Shown here one piece after another: positions 18,456 to 30,564 of a DNA stretch of 64,000 nt (the first letter of the stretch is position 1; each line of letters starts with the position of its first letter). Under the pieces are notes generated by a model. It saw nothing but the letters and a program-made list of their open reading frames with translations. It searched no databases and had not been told where the DNA came from. The stretch is taken from contig NW_003526944.1 in NCBI RefSeq assembly GCF_000181795.1, positions 4,417,293-4,481,292 on the forward strand. Direction: 5' to 3'. The translations under genes were made by a program, and so were the position numbers. This DNA is from Trichinella spiralis (lineage: Eukaryota).

Positions 18456-18689
18456 TTAATTGATGATCAATAATGTTTCACGTTTCAAAATAACCTAATT
18501 GTTTTAGTTTCAAATAAAATTTTGTAAATGTAGTTTTCGTTTTCCGATTCACATAGGATATTGAGAGTGTGAACCTAAATCAAAAAACAAAGCCTATTTG
18601 CACATTAGCGATTTGATATAATAAAATGAAATTTGCAAGAACCGACTGTAGTTGCTTTAATGCACGAAGCAATTTCTGGAATATAACGA

Positions 18690-19206
18690 CGGTTATACGT
18701 GGTTGCAAGCACGACGTGGACTTTGCAGGCAAAACTTCTAGCTTAACGTTTGACAGTTCCACATTCAGATGACTGGGCACATTGTCTAGCACAGTGGTTC
18801 TCAAAGTGTGGGTCGCGTAAAATATTAAAGTACGGGAGTAGTCTTCATTTTTGTTAGGAGAGTTTTACTTATCGAAAATTGTTAGGTGAACAACTAAGCT
18901 GTGGTTCAGTTACTGATAACCTGAGAATCACTATTTCTGTCGGGTTTCTCACAGAAACGAAATTATATATTATGATGATAACGCCTAAATGATTCCATCC
19001 ATCCACTGCTGGCACAGATTATTACGCTCATCCTTCTGGTAATGTCGACTGTCTTCGTTTGAAGCAATTGTCGAGTTATCGGTTTCAGTTTGGCTGGACA
19101 GCGAATGAAAAGATGAAACAAGAGCTCGTTTACTTCTGCGTTGACTGCTTCGCGCATTCTCCGACGTCTTGACTTCGGCGGTTGACGACTTACACAGGTT
19201 TCACTG
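18690..19206 (-). mobile_element. Internally deleted Tigger/pogo (Tc1-mariner superfamily) transposon relic
   Basis: Terminus TA|CAGTGAAACCTG at 19208-19195. CENP-B/Tc5 HTH remnants RMREAVNAEVNELLF...ASSGWMESFRR and DDE_1 remnant LDNVPSH...NVKLEVLPAKSTSCLQP. Confidence 0.85.
18792..18933. mobile_element. hAT/Charlie-like MITE nested in the Tigger relic
   Basis: Ends CAGTGGTTCTCAAAGTGTGG ... TGAGAATCACTA resemble Charlie-type TIRs. No clear target-site duplication. Confidence 0.6.
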
Positions 19207-20578
19207 TATTGGGAAACATATCTGGTGAAGCCGTTTGCCACACTGAACATGGCAAGCTGTATGCCAAATGGCTACATGGCCCAGGCTACGTGGCGCGGTG
19301 TCCGGTCAACCAACATGTATAAATATGAGTGAACAGATTGGAGGGGCAACATACTTAAGAAAAGCTGTCTTCCAGAACACTTAAACTGATCTTTAGCTGC
19401 CATCTCAGCATCTATCCAACGCTTGAATTGAATGAGTTTGAGATAAACGGCATACACTGTTCTTTGAATCATTTATATATATAGATCGATACAGTCAGTC
19501 TATTTACAAAAGAGATTTTCAAGTTTGAACTGAAGATTTCTTAACAACTGTATCATTGTCAAAATATTTGAAACGTTGCACATTCATTTCAGTTATATCA
19601 ATGTGACAAAGATTCTTTTCTAATTTTATAATTTCCACTAATTTTTCATTTAAATACTAGACATTTGAATGTCGTATCTGCAAACCGTCTTTGAAAACAA
19701 TCACAGTTCATGACGATGTGTGTTGTTCCATTGTTGTCTCTCTTCCACTGTTGATTCTGGTCTTCGTCTTTATATAATGCGCTAAATAACTGCTGTTCCT
19801 CATTAAAATGTCATACGATATATGCTAATATATTTACCGAATATTTATTTCACAGTGATATGCTTGTCACCACATAATATTATGCATTTGAAGTACTGAT
19901 GGCAGTACTTGAAACCTGATAAGCATCAGCAGCGGAATAGTGACGCCGCACAGGCAGGTAAACAGCAAAAGTAGGGTTGCGCAGATTTGAAGATGTAACC
20001 AAATAACAGATCAGACCTAACTGCATGAACCTCGGTCTAATTGCAGCAGTGGCAATGAATTGAAATAACTTACCCGGACATGTTGATCTAACCAAGATGA
20101 AATCAATGCGGTTGATCGCATGTTAAATTGTTTTCTCCGAATAAATACAAAAAAAAATAGCCTGCTTTATTTGACAACAACAATACAAAACTGAAAACGA
20201 GACCAATCTACCACATCCCGTTTAAGTGATCTTCAAGTAAAAAGATAAAAAAATCGGAAGGCAATAGACGATTACTGTAATCAGGAAATGAGTTGAATGA
20301 ATTTTCAACAGTAGTCCATGATAATAGTAATAATAATAGTCGTTGTAGTAGCTGAAGTAGTACACAGCAAGGCACGTCTCATGACATGGCAGATAAAAAG
20401 AAAGATAATTTTTTTTAAAAAAAGGCACGATGAAATAGCACAAGTTTCATTTAAATGGAACAAAAACAAAAAGAAATAAACATTAGCAGCATCAGATTGC
20501 GTAAAAGGGAAACGTTCGTATGTGTCAGCACCTTTCAGCATTAGCAGGTCAAACGACAAAAACCTGCACATTCACACT

Positions 20579-21676
20579 TCAACGCATATTACCTCGCAAG
20601 TACTGGTCCAGATCTTGTGGATTCAATTCCTTTAAAAATGTGACATTAGAAAATTAAACGAAAAACATGAAATGATAAAAAAAAGAGAGAGAAATACTTG
20701 GATGCTTGGATCAACGTCCATAATTGAATTTAAATCGATACCACCAATGTTCAAGTCAATGTCAGAAGCGAGAAAATTTTCCGGCGTGTGAGGTTGAGAA
20801 TAGCTGCTGCTGGTGCTCAAAGTCATACCCAAGCCGGAATCACTTGATTTTTGTCTGCAGTGGTAGGCGGCGTCCATGGCTGAGTGATGAGTTCCACTAC
20901 TTCCGGCCACTTGACAATTTGGAAAATTTTCTGGCTGAAATAAAGCTTGTTGTTATTTTCAATTAAAACACCTCCCAAAGTACTAAAAACTGACGCTAAG
21001 ATGCGTGGCCAGTGGACTGGTCGGCATAGCTGCAGAATCGCTGAGCAATCCCTTTAACAAACACAAAAATGACAGTTAATTTTATTAAAAATAACAACAA
21101 CAACACAAAAAAAACTTTTTTACTTGTTTCATAATTTCTTGCTGCCTGGATCTATACTGCTGCCTTTCTTGGATCAACTCCTGCACCCGTTGCTGAGTGG
21201 TTGGACAAAAGCCGGACGCTTGTTGTTGTTGTTGTTGTTGTTGCTGCTGCTGCTGCTGTTTTATGTGAAAGCCAGATGACGTATCGGCAACCGGTTGAAG
21301 ACATTCAAGTTGTCTCTGCATAACATACGGGCGCTGCAGCTCTTGAGCTACACAGAAAAATCACAAAATAAATGTTCCATCCGCTGATTCTGTCATATGA
21401 TTCGATCAGATCAGATGCATTAAAAAAACACGAAAAACAAAAAAAAGAATTTTCTACTTACGCACACGTGGATCAAACCAAGTAGTCGTTTCGTTGTTGT
21501 GATTCATAAAGTAGCGCTCGCCATGAGGAGTTATCTTCTCTTCCCAACCCGTAGGCAATGGCGGCAAGCTGTGGTCCGCAAGTCGGTTCACAACGACGCT
21601 CTGCTTCAGAGGACGCTTCCTCGGATCTTCCCATGTTGTCGTCTTATCAATGTGACTAAATGATTCATCATAATAA

Positions 21677-21707
<31 letters not shown>

Positions 21708-23167
21708 CTGATTTCTGAAAACTATATAGTGAATTTTTCTTTCACAGTAAAAACAAAAATCCCCGAACATAAAGTTAACATATCACACCCTCTGCACCCT
21801 CCCTTCGATTGTGTGCAACAATTTCCCTGCCAAAAAGGCAAGAAGTGGTTATTTTGCAGAAAAAAAGTCCAATTGCTGCAATCGATCATAAACAAGCTGC
21901 TTCTACACAATGCCTCTGCTCTGCATTACGACGGATGGAATCCCATTTTTTTCCACCGTTGAAAACTGGGACTTGTGCACGACTTTCTGAAGCCCATGCT
22001 TTTCAAACTGCGTTGGTGGGAAAAAAAACTCCCCAACAACTCCCACGCAGCTTTCACGTAAAACGAAAAAAAAAAGTCACGACGTAGCAAGAGTAAAGCA
22101 AATATAAACTGCAACTTCTTTGACAACAAAAAAATCAGACAAACTTCTGTAAAGTACACAAAATTAGAACACTGTAGACTAGTTGTGCAAAGATGAAGAA
22201 AAGTAAGTGGGACATTTTGTTTATAGATGGACAGTGTTCCCATGTCGTGCAACGGCAAGAGATTAGTTTACTGATTGCAGCATGCTTTTCAACAGACAGA
22301 AAGGAGAAAATTGTCACCGTTTGATTCATATCGCAGAGGATGCGTACGACGGCCCTCATGTTAATACATACATAAATACATATAGAACAAGACCATGGTG
22401 TGACCAACAGAAGAGAAAATGAATGTCAACCATTGACCGGTGCGGAACGCGGTCGAAGTTGGGTGGCATTCACCGATCACAGAGGTCACCACGGATCATT
22501 CATCAACGTTGAGAATGAAAAGTGAAAAGAAACAAAAATATACATCTATATATCTGTATATATACAACGTAAATTTTAAGGCTTGAGAAAAGCAAAATAA
22601 AATAAATAAATAAATAAATAAATGTATATATACTCACTTGATAAAATAAGGTTGACCAGTTTCTGTAAATGCGCGCTCCCAACCAGCGGGCAACGTTTGA
22701 TCGTCCAGGTCAACGTCAATGTCGTAGCTGTGCACACGACCGTGCTGCTGTTGGTCAAGGCGGAAAGCAGAAGCAAGAGACAATTGACCGTTGGTCAACG
22801 AGGCGGGGCTAGAGTGTGCTCTTGTGTGCTGCACAGCGGTCGAAGAAGCGCTGGCCGTGGAACCGCAGGCGGACAATATGCTGCACGGTGAAGAGACAGT
22901 ATGACAGCCGGAACTGTCGCTGCCTTCGCGACTGTGCACCGCAGACGCTTTGCAAGGCTTGAAAAATGTATCCGGCAGGTTCTTCTCACGCCAACTGGAG
23001 ACGGTGGACAGTTGACCGCCGGCGCCAGGACTCAAACATTCGATCGACTTTTTGAAGTGATCATTCAACGCTTGGTCCAAATCAACGCTGCTCTTGATCA
23101 CAACATTCGAACGACTTCTCTGATGCTGACCACTGCTTCCCGCCGAATATTCGCCGTAACAAGCCAT
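20579..23167 (-). CDS. YAP1: YAP/Yorkie transcriptional co-activator (~430 aa, 6 exons)
   Basis: Exons 23167-22638, 21655-21462, 21347-21124, 21051-20995, 20934-20698 and 20629-20579 splice in frame. Contains a TEAD-binding motif ([13 protein letters not shown]), [11 protein letters not shown], two WW domains, polyQ/coiled coil and [12 protein letters not shown]. Confidence 0.95.
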
Positions 23168-23521
23168 TCGAATTTATTCAACAGTTACAATGCATAGCGG
23201 TCGAAAATGGCGGGTCGTTTCGATCTGAAACAAATGAATAAATCAAATCCCAACGTATTTGAGAATTGTTTGTTTCATCCGTGTGAGAAGAACCTTCCCT
23301 CCTCTCACACACAAGTGGGATAGAACACCACGCGCTAGTTCAAGCTTGTTCAATGAGCAGAAGCGATAAGCTGGGGCGATTTTGGGGGCCAAGATGGGTT
23401 GATCAAACAGTTCTATTTGTCAAAAGGCCACTGGGGCCGAGAGCGCGCGCGCGCTTACAGCTGAAAACAAAGGTAACGGCCGGACAAACTTGTGCACTTT
23501 GTAGATCAACAGACATGCATG

Positions 23522-23750
23522 CACACACACACACGGAGGCGCTTAGAATTAGATGTGCGCAGAAAAACAGCCACAGAGCGAGAGAGTAACAACAAGCGAG
23601 CAAAAGTGTGTGCTGACGATGTTGAGAAAGAAGACGAAGAAGAAGCAGTCGGCCAGCGAGCCAGCCAGACAACCAACCAACCAACCAATCAACCAACCAA
23701 CTTGCCAGTCACACACCCACCCAACCACCTACACACACACACACACGCAC
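23522..23750. repeat. (CA)n and (CAAC)n microsatellites upstream of YAP (also at 399-632)
   Basis: Directly visible. CA tract lengths differ between the two copies. Confidence 0.9.
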
Positions 23751-26217
23751 ACGAATATGCATACATAAACACACATAAACACGTAAAGATATAACTACGG
23801 CTCTTCTTTCTCACTGGCAATGCGATGTGATGCGAAAATATGATGATGTGTAGTAGTGTGGAGTGGCAAAAGATGGAGAGATAGAAAGAAGAGACAGAAA
23901 AAAAGCAGGCCGAAAAGTAAACACATTTAAACAAAACAGTTGAAGATGATTTTTCTCAAACATTTGCCAGCAGAAGAAAAAGCTAGCTGGCAGACAACTT
24001 CTCATTTTGTGAAGAAAACGTCCAGATACGACAATCAAGAAACACACTGCGTCGATTGTTTGGCTTATTCAATTAAGCAACACTGTGACGTTGTCGTAGA
24101 GAGCTGCCTGTACGGCGGGGGCGGCGAAGCGCTGACTCACACTGATATCGAGCTGAGTGGGTGCGGCTTGGGCGAGGCTTGCAAAGTACGCGATAAAACA
24201 AAAATAATTCAGCATCAAGGTAAATAAAACAAAAGAAACAAAAATAATGCCGGCGAAGAGCCGTCAGCCTTGACCAGCACTGAAGACAAAACTGTTCGAA
24301 GACCAGCGACCGAGACAGTCAGCACTCACGTCAAGGACAGATACTTGTGCGGGCAACTTCGAAATACAGTAATCCAAATGCAATTTGCAAGTGCAAGGCT
24401 AGTTTACTGTGTTTGTCAACATTGCTCTGCAAAAATGAGAATTTATATTGAAATTAAAAATCTACTTAATTGCTTATAATTAATTACAAAAAGCATTAAT
24501 TACTATCAAATACTCGAAATGCGATTCTTCTGATATGTTTTACGCTTTTTTCAAACTTTATTTTTTATATGTTATTAAATTTTCAAATAATGCACTTAAT
24601 TTTAAAATAAATAATTACAAAATGAAAGCAAAAATGAATGATGATATTATTTCTAAAGTGTAAAATGGAAGTATTTATTTATTTTACAATTCACTACCTT
24701 ACGTAATATAAGTTATTACAAATGTTAAAATGCTTGTTCTCATTTACAGTTACAGTTCATTTAAACCGATTCTAAAAGCTAATAGGCTTCAGGACAACAT
24801 ATTATCAGTATACTAAAAAACTAACTGTAATCCACTTACCATTCATTTACTAAGAGAGTTTGCAGTAAGGTTGCCTATGCTGAAAATATGTAAAGTAAAA
24901 TTTAAATTAAGATACTCTTTAACATGAAACATTAACTGAAAATCTTGGAAATATATATATTTAAGAGTCGTTAAAATTAATCTTTATTAGCTACACCTCA
25001 ACATGCAATAATAAAAACAATAAACACGGTGAATGCAATTAATCTGATTGCGAAGACAAATTTATCTTTTATAAATAACTTTGAAGAATCTGACGCTAAG
25101 CTGTATTTTCACACCTACTTTTTACATTCATTTTTATAAGGAGAGAAACTAAAGTTTTTAAATAAATTAAATATGCCTGCAGTCAACACTGAAATGACCA
25201 CTTTAAAAAATCTATAATTTAACAAAAATATAAAAAGAAAGTGAATTATTGTTGCAGTGATTCTCGAATTTGAAATAAGTTCTTCAAAATGATATTTATA
25301 AATTCTTATTTATGAATTCTTTGAAAATTTCGCTTCTTAAGTACCACAAACTGCTTTGAAACCCTATCTAGACGTGGCATTTATTGTCAGGCAGAATAAC
25401 AGAAATGAAAATATTTTTATTCAACATGACACAAGTAATAACAACCATACATTCACTACTGCGTTATCAATCGCTACGCTTCTTTTACCCTTACTGTATA
25501 AATTTTTTTCTACTTAGTGTGCTTTTACATGCAATCACTACTCACGCAGCTGTTTTAGACATACGCATTTACTATATAAACATGTTGTTCGTACATTGAT
25601 TATAATGAAAAAATTTTTAAATAAAATAACTGAATCTTCATTATCTTCATAACGAATCTTCATTAAATACATAAAGGTGCTTCAACTTTCAAACGGATTT
25701 CTCAATTTAAACTGCTTCGATGATGCTGCCCCATTAAAGTTGAATTATCAAAAATCTATAAAGTGTTATCAATTTCTAACAATTCTTATATTTTGTCTGT
25801 GTTAGAAACAAAAGCATCCAGAAGTCAAGTTTAAACGGACTGTATAAAATTTTGGTGGGAATCTAAAACACATCTATCAGACAGTAGAGATAGCGAAATA
25901 GCGAAAATAAAGTAACAGCATTGACTAACTCGGCCGATCAAAGCTGACCAATCAACTTCGGCCAATCAACGAACGATATTCCTAAGATGGTTAAGTTTTC
26001 GTAATACGTTTGTTTATGCAGAATTTCATATGTAAAATAATATAAAATGTTTATTTTAAAAATTAAAATACGTGATATTCTTAAATATTATTTTGGTGGC
26101 TCAAAATAGTAATTCTATGATTTGATTTGCAGGTTAAATTAATGAGACACGTACACTACAGTAGTAAGTTAACGATATTTATCATTTGTGTAGTAATTAA
26201 GTCGGTCGTTGCTTGTA

Positions 26218-28213
26218 ATGGTGAGTTTAAATTACTTATGAACATAATGCGTTATTATGCACGATCATGTTTTTAGTCACATCGCAAATTCTCTGCCCCT
26301 AGACACGGCCACGTTGGATTTCTTCCGAAAAAACGATCGAAACGTCATCGCGGAAAAGTAAAGAGTTTTCCTAAAGATGATCCGCAAAAACCTGTTCATT
26401 TGACAGCATTTATCGGATACAAAGCAGGCATGACGCATATTGTTCGCGAAGTGGACAAACCTGGTTCAAGTAATTTTGTTTTTTTCCACTTCAAGCTATT
26501 GGTCAACGTATTGATATTAAGTTGTTTTATTTATAACTGTTAAATGAATCGAAATATATTTTGAATGAGATTTTCTCGTTTTGCTTCAGTTTAATTTTAA
26601 ATATGTTTTCTAGAAATAAACAAGAAAGATGTAGTCGAAGCGGTTACTGTTCTGGAAACGCCTCCAATGGTTATTGTAGGCAAGTGTTTGTATTTTTATT
26701 CGTTAAAATTTTAATTTACAAAGAAGCTGAAATTTACTTGAATGTTTAATAGTGAAACATGTAGATTATTGGGACAGTTTTATTTCATAAGTGATTGTGA
26801 AAATAAGATTAAAATTTTTTTTATTTAAGGTGTTGTTGGTTATATTGAAACACCACAAGGATTGCGTGCTTTTAAAACGATTTGGGCTGAGCATTTGAGT
26901 GATGATTGTAAACGTCGGTTTTACAAGCGTTGGTAAGTTAAATTCGACCTGATGATACAAGACCAGGAAGACAAGAGCAATGCAAATTGAAAACTCTCCA
27001 ATGCCTTTATGAGTATGAGGGTTCAATTTTGTTCCATGGTTTAAGGTACAAGTGTGAGAGAAAAGCATTTACGAAAGCAAGCAAAAAATGGCAAGATGAA
27101 GCTGGTGTAAAGGAAATTCAAACTGACTTTGCGAGAATGATCAAATATTGCAAAGTCATTCGCGTGATTGCACACACTCAAGTTTGTTTATTTGTAGTTT
27201 GTGATTTTTAAAATTAATTATAACTTTTAAAGATGAAGTTACTCCACCATGGTCAGAAAAAAGCGCATATAATGGAAATACAACTGAACGGTGGCACAAT
27301 CGAGGAGAAGGTGAATTGGGCTCGTGAACATCTTGAAAAACAAGTGCCTGTGGATAGCGTTTTCGCAAGGGATGAGATGATAGATTGTATTGGTGTGACA
27401 AAAGGAAAAGGGTTTAAAGGTGTTACAAGTCGATGGCATACGAAAAAATTACCACGCAAAACGCATAAAGGTTTACGTAAAGTCGCTTGCATCGGTGCTT
27501 GGCATCCGAGTAGAGTTCGCTACACCGTTGCCCGCGCTGGTCAGAAAGGCTACCACCATCGTACTGAAATCAACAAAAAGATTTATCGCATTGGGAAAGG
27601 TGCTGACAAGAAGAACGGCAGTACTGAATACGACTTGACCGAAAAAACTATAAATCCAATGGTATGTAAATATTTGCGAAAATGTTTCGCTCATTTTAAA
27701 TAAGATTTTTATTCATGATGATTCATATATTTATCTTAAAAAACTGCTGACATAGTATATGTTGCCTTCCTTCTGAAAACGTGTAATATTTACATTGTTG
27801 AAATTTAGATTTACATTTTTTTATTGTTGAAATAATTGAATATTCTGTTTTATAGGGTGGTTTTCCACATTATGGTATGGTCAATCAAGATTATGTATTA
27901 ATTAAAGGTTGTTGCATGGGTCCTAAGAAACGAGTGATAACTTTGCGAAAGGTTTGACTTTTTTTAAAATCATTTATTTGCTGACTTAGTTTTCATTTAT
28001 AGTCTTTACTGACCCATACAAAGCGCAGTGCACTGGAAAAGATTGAACTGAAGTTTATCGATACCAGTAGCAAGTTTGGTCATGGTCGTTTCCAGACTCA
28101 TGCAGAAAAGAAAGCCTTTATGGTATGTAATGTATTATGCTGCGCAGTATATAAGAAAGTTTTATCTTGTTCTTCTTTAGGGCTTGTTGAAGAAGGACTT
28201 GATTAAAGAATAA
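26218..28213 (+). CDS. RPL3: 60S ribosomal protein L3 (uL3), complete
   Basis: Exons 26218-26220, 26277-26469, 26614-26679, 26830-26932, 27046-27181, 27233-27661, 27856-27951, 28003-28122 and 28181-28213. Hallmark [20 protein letters not shown]. Confidence 0.98.
26940..27030 (+). ncRNA. Possible second intronic C/D-box snoRNA in RPL3 intron 4
   Basis: TGATGA at 26950-26955, D-like ATGA at 27015-27018 and an imperfect flanking stem (aaattcgacc / gggttcaattt). No convincing target found. Confidence 0.3.
27711..27780 (+). ncRNA. C/D-box snoRNA, SNORD83/snR52-like guide for 18S rRNA A468 (human numbering) 2'-O-methylation
   Basis: Box C ATGATGA at 27715-27721, D' CTGA at 27747-27750 and D CTGA at 27773-27776. 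The 12-nt guide GTTGCCTTCCTT is complementary to conserved 18S AAGGAAGGCAGC with one G-U pair. Confidence 0.8.
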
Positions 28214-28466
28214 CCACTTTGATATTTTTGATGTTCTTCTGAAATAAATGATTGTCTTTGGAATTTAACTTGTTTTCTTTTGAGCACCGTGTGCAGGGTT
28301 ACGTTAGTTTTATAATCACGCAACGCATTTAGAAACAACAAACAGTTGTTTAATTAACATTTAGAACAAGAAAAGCTAACATTTTTTTAATTAAGCAAAG
28401 TAATAAATTATTTACTGCTGTTCCTGTTTTTATTTATCCAATAGAAGTCACATTGAGCAACCAAAA

Positions 28467-29469
28467 TTAACCTGCATCTATTTTCGACAAAGACATTAAA
28501 CAGTGACAACTTTGTTTTTGAGAAATGCCATCAGCGCATTGACAAACGGGGGTGAAAGATCGCGTACACCGAGAAACAGCATAAAAAGTTTTTCCGAAGA
28601 TTTTGGCCAAATTTCCGCAAACTGCTTTGCAAGCACTTCCGCCTGAGACTGAAAATTCATATGTAAATGCAATAAAAGAAACGTTCAAAACAATTGTTCT
28701 ATTTAAACACATTACATCTTTTGGACCGCATAAAATCTTTGCATCATAATCACCAATGATACTTGCATTGGGAAATTGAGGGCGGCTGACTCTGACCTGA
28801 AAACATACTTAGTTATGAGATTTTCTTCAAAGTCAGTTCGAAACATTGTAAAAACTGAAAAATGAAAAGTAAAATCTGTCAGAATGACAATATAACAAGA
28901 TAATTACAAAAACAATAAAACAAACAAGATTCGAAAGTACGGAAAGTTTGATCAAGAAATAACAATTTAATGAAAATTTTAAATAATAGACAGAAGAAAA
29001 ATTAAGAAAATGAGGCATAACATTTCGCATAGATGAAAATCAGAAAATAGCTGTCAAACAAGGTAACATACCAGAATGAAATATTTTCCCATTTCACTAA
29101 TGGAAAGTTCACGTATGCGATCATATTCTACCATGCGAATGAACACTTTCATTCCATTAAAATCGAACGTTTCCTTAAAAAACAATTTTCCTTATAAGCA
29201 AGAAAAACCATCAACAAACAATAACCATCCAGTGTTGAACAGCTCCTTCCGTTGTTGACTCCATTCACACACACGATACTGCTGAAAATTCCTTGAGCAG
29301 CGCTATTACAGTAATAATCAAAATAAAGTTTTATGATTGATAAAATAGTGAGCGAACTGGCAGATGCTTACGCAATTAAAGTGATGACATAACTTTATAA
29401 CAAAACAAATAACAAGCATCATAATTGAATAGTATCTGTATGCAACTTATACATACGGTATATGATCAT
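28467..29469 (-). CDS. Small Cys-rich orphan protein, possibly secreted; 5' exons uncertain
   Basis: Last exon 28796-28467 (VRVSRPQFPNAS...CKAVCGN...RCTRSFTPVCQCADG...CHC). Upstream exons give ...YVITLIASIVCVNG...GKLFFKETFDFNGMKVFIRMVEYDRIRELS with GT-AG boundaries. Confidence 0.5.
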
Positions 29470-30059
29470 ACACTTTATAACTCATATTAAAGTGCTTTGT
29501 CAATTTTTTGAAAAAAAGTGAGATGGTTTAACATTAAAAAGTTTAATTGGTATACTTGGTTAAAAAGCAACTAATTTTATTTAATAATAAAAATATATGT
29601 ATTAATAAATAATAAATTTCATTGAAATATATTTTTAAGTTTTATTTAGCAAAAAACTTTGGGTAACCAAATTGGTTTACAGTAGTATTTTTGTAAACGA
29701 TGTTCTTTTCAATTAAAAAAAACTCAGATAGCTTGCACAATTTTTCAAAAAAAATTTATTATCAATAAAAATTTTTTATTTAATCATTAATTTTCTGTTC
29801 ATTAATTTGAGTTTTGTATAATAATTCTCTTAGTAAAATTGTACCTGTATTCTAGTGATAGTATGACGGTTTTTATTTTGTTATTGTTCTTAAGTTTCAG
29901 TCATTATTTTTTGATGTACATTTTAAATATGAATTTGTGTTTATATAATTGTATACTTTTATAGTAGATTTTTAAGTTCTATATTTTTAAAGAGTTATCT
30001 GTGTGGCATTCAGGTTTAGTACTGAAGAGCGTACTTTAACTGTAGCGTTTTGCTTATAG

Positions 30060-30345
30060 CAGCGTTTCTCAGCAGTTTTATCCTCGTGGAGCCCTAAATG
30101 TAATTTTCTTGTCTCGCGGAATCCATGTATAATTTTCTAAAATGTTTTTTTCTTTTTCGATGACTTAGAGCTCTTAAGGCATACATAATATATTCTAATA
30201 AGCTGGTTAACCTGAAATGAATATTGGCTACTGCTATAAGATGCATAACAAATAGCAGATAATAGCTACTAGAATTGTTCATTGGTAACATATAAAAGGC
30301 AAAACAATGTGTCATATTTCGCGGAACCCAGTTTGAGAAACGCTG
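30060..30345. mobile_element. hAT (Charlie-like) MITE, 286 bp
   Basis: TIRs CAGCGTTTCTCA / TGAGAAACGCTG. 8-bp target-site duplication gcttatag / ggttatag (7/8 match). Confidence 0.85.
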
Positions 30346-30564
30346 GGTTATAGTAAACTTATAAAAGATAATCGTTTTTCAGTAACTAATATAGTATTTA
30401 ATGTATGGTGCGGTGTGAAATTTAATAATCGAAATATGAAAGGAAACGTTATTCTATGATTTTAAAAATATATTATTAATGCGTGCTTTTTAATTTGTTT
30501 GCGCACTAGTTGCGTTCTGACGTCTAAAAATGTCATTTTTCAGGAGAATTTTCAATTATATCTG

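Larger units (their letters stand above)
13790..18681 (+). repeat. Diverged direct duplication: ~13790-15392 and ~17080-18681 (offset ~3.29 kb)
   Basis: Long matching stretches with substitutions and no N gap between the copies. Confidence 0.9.
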
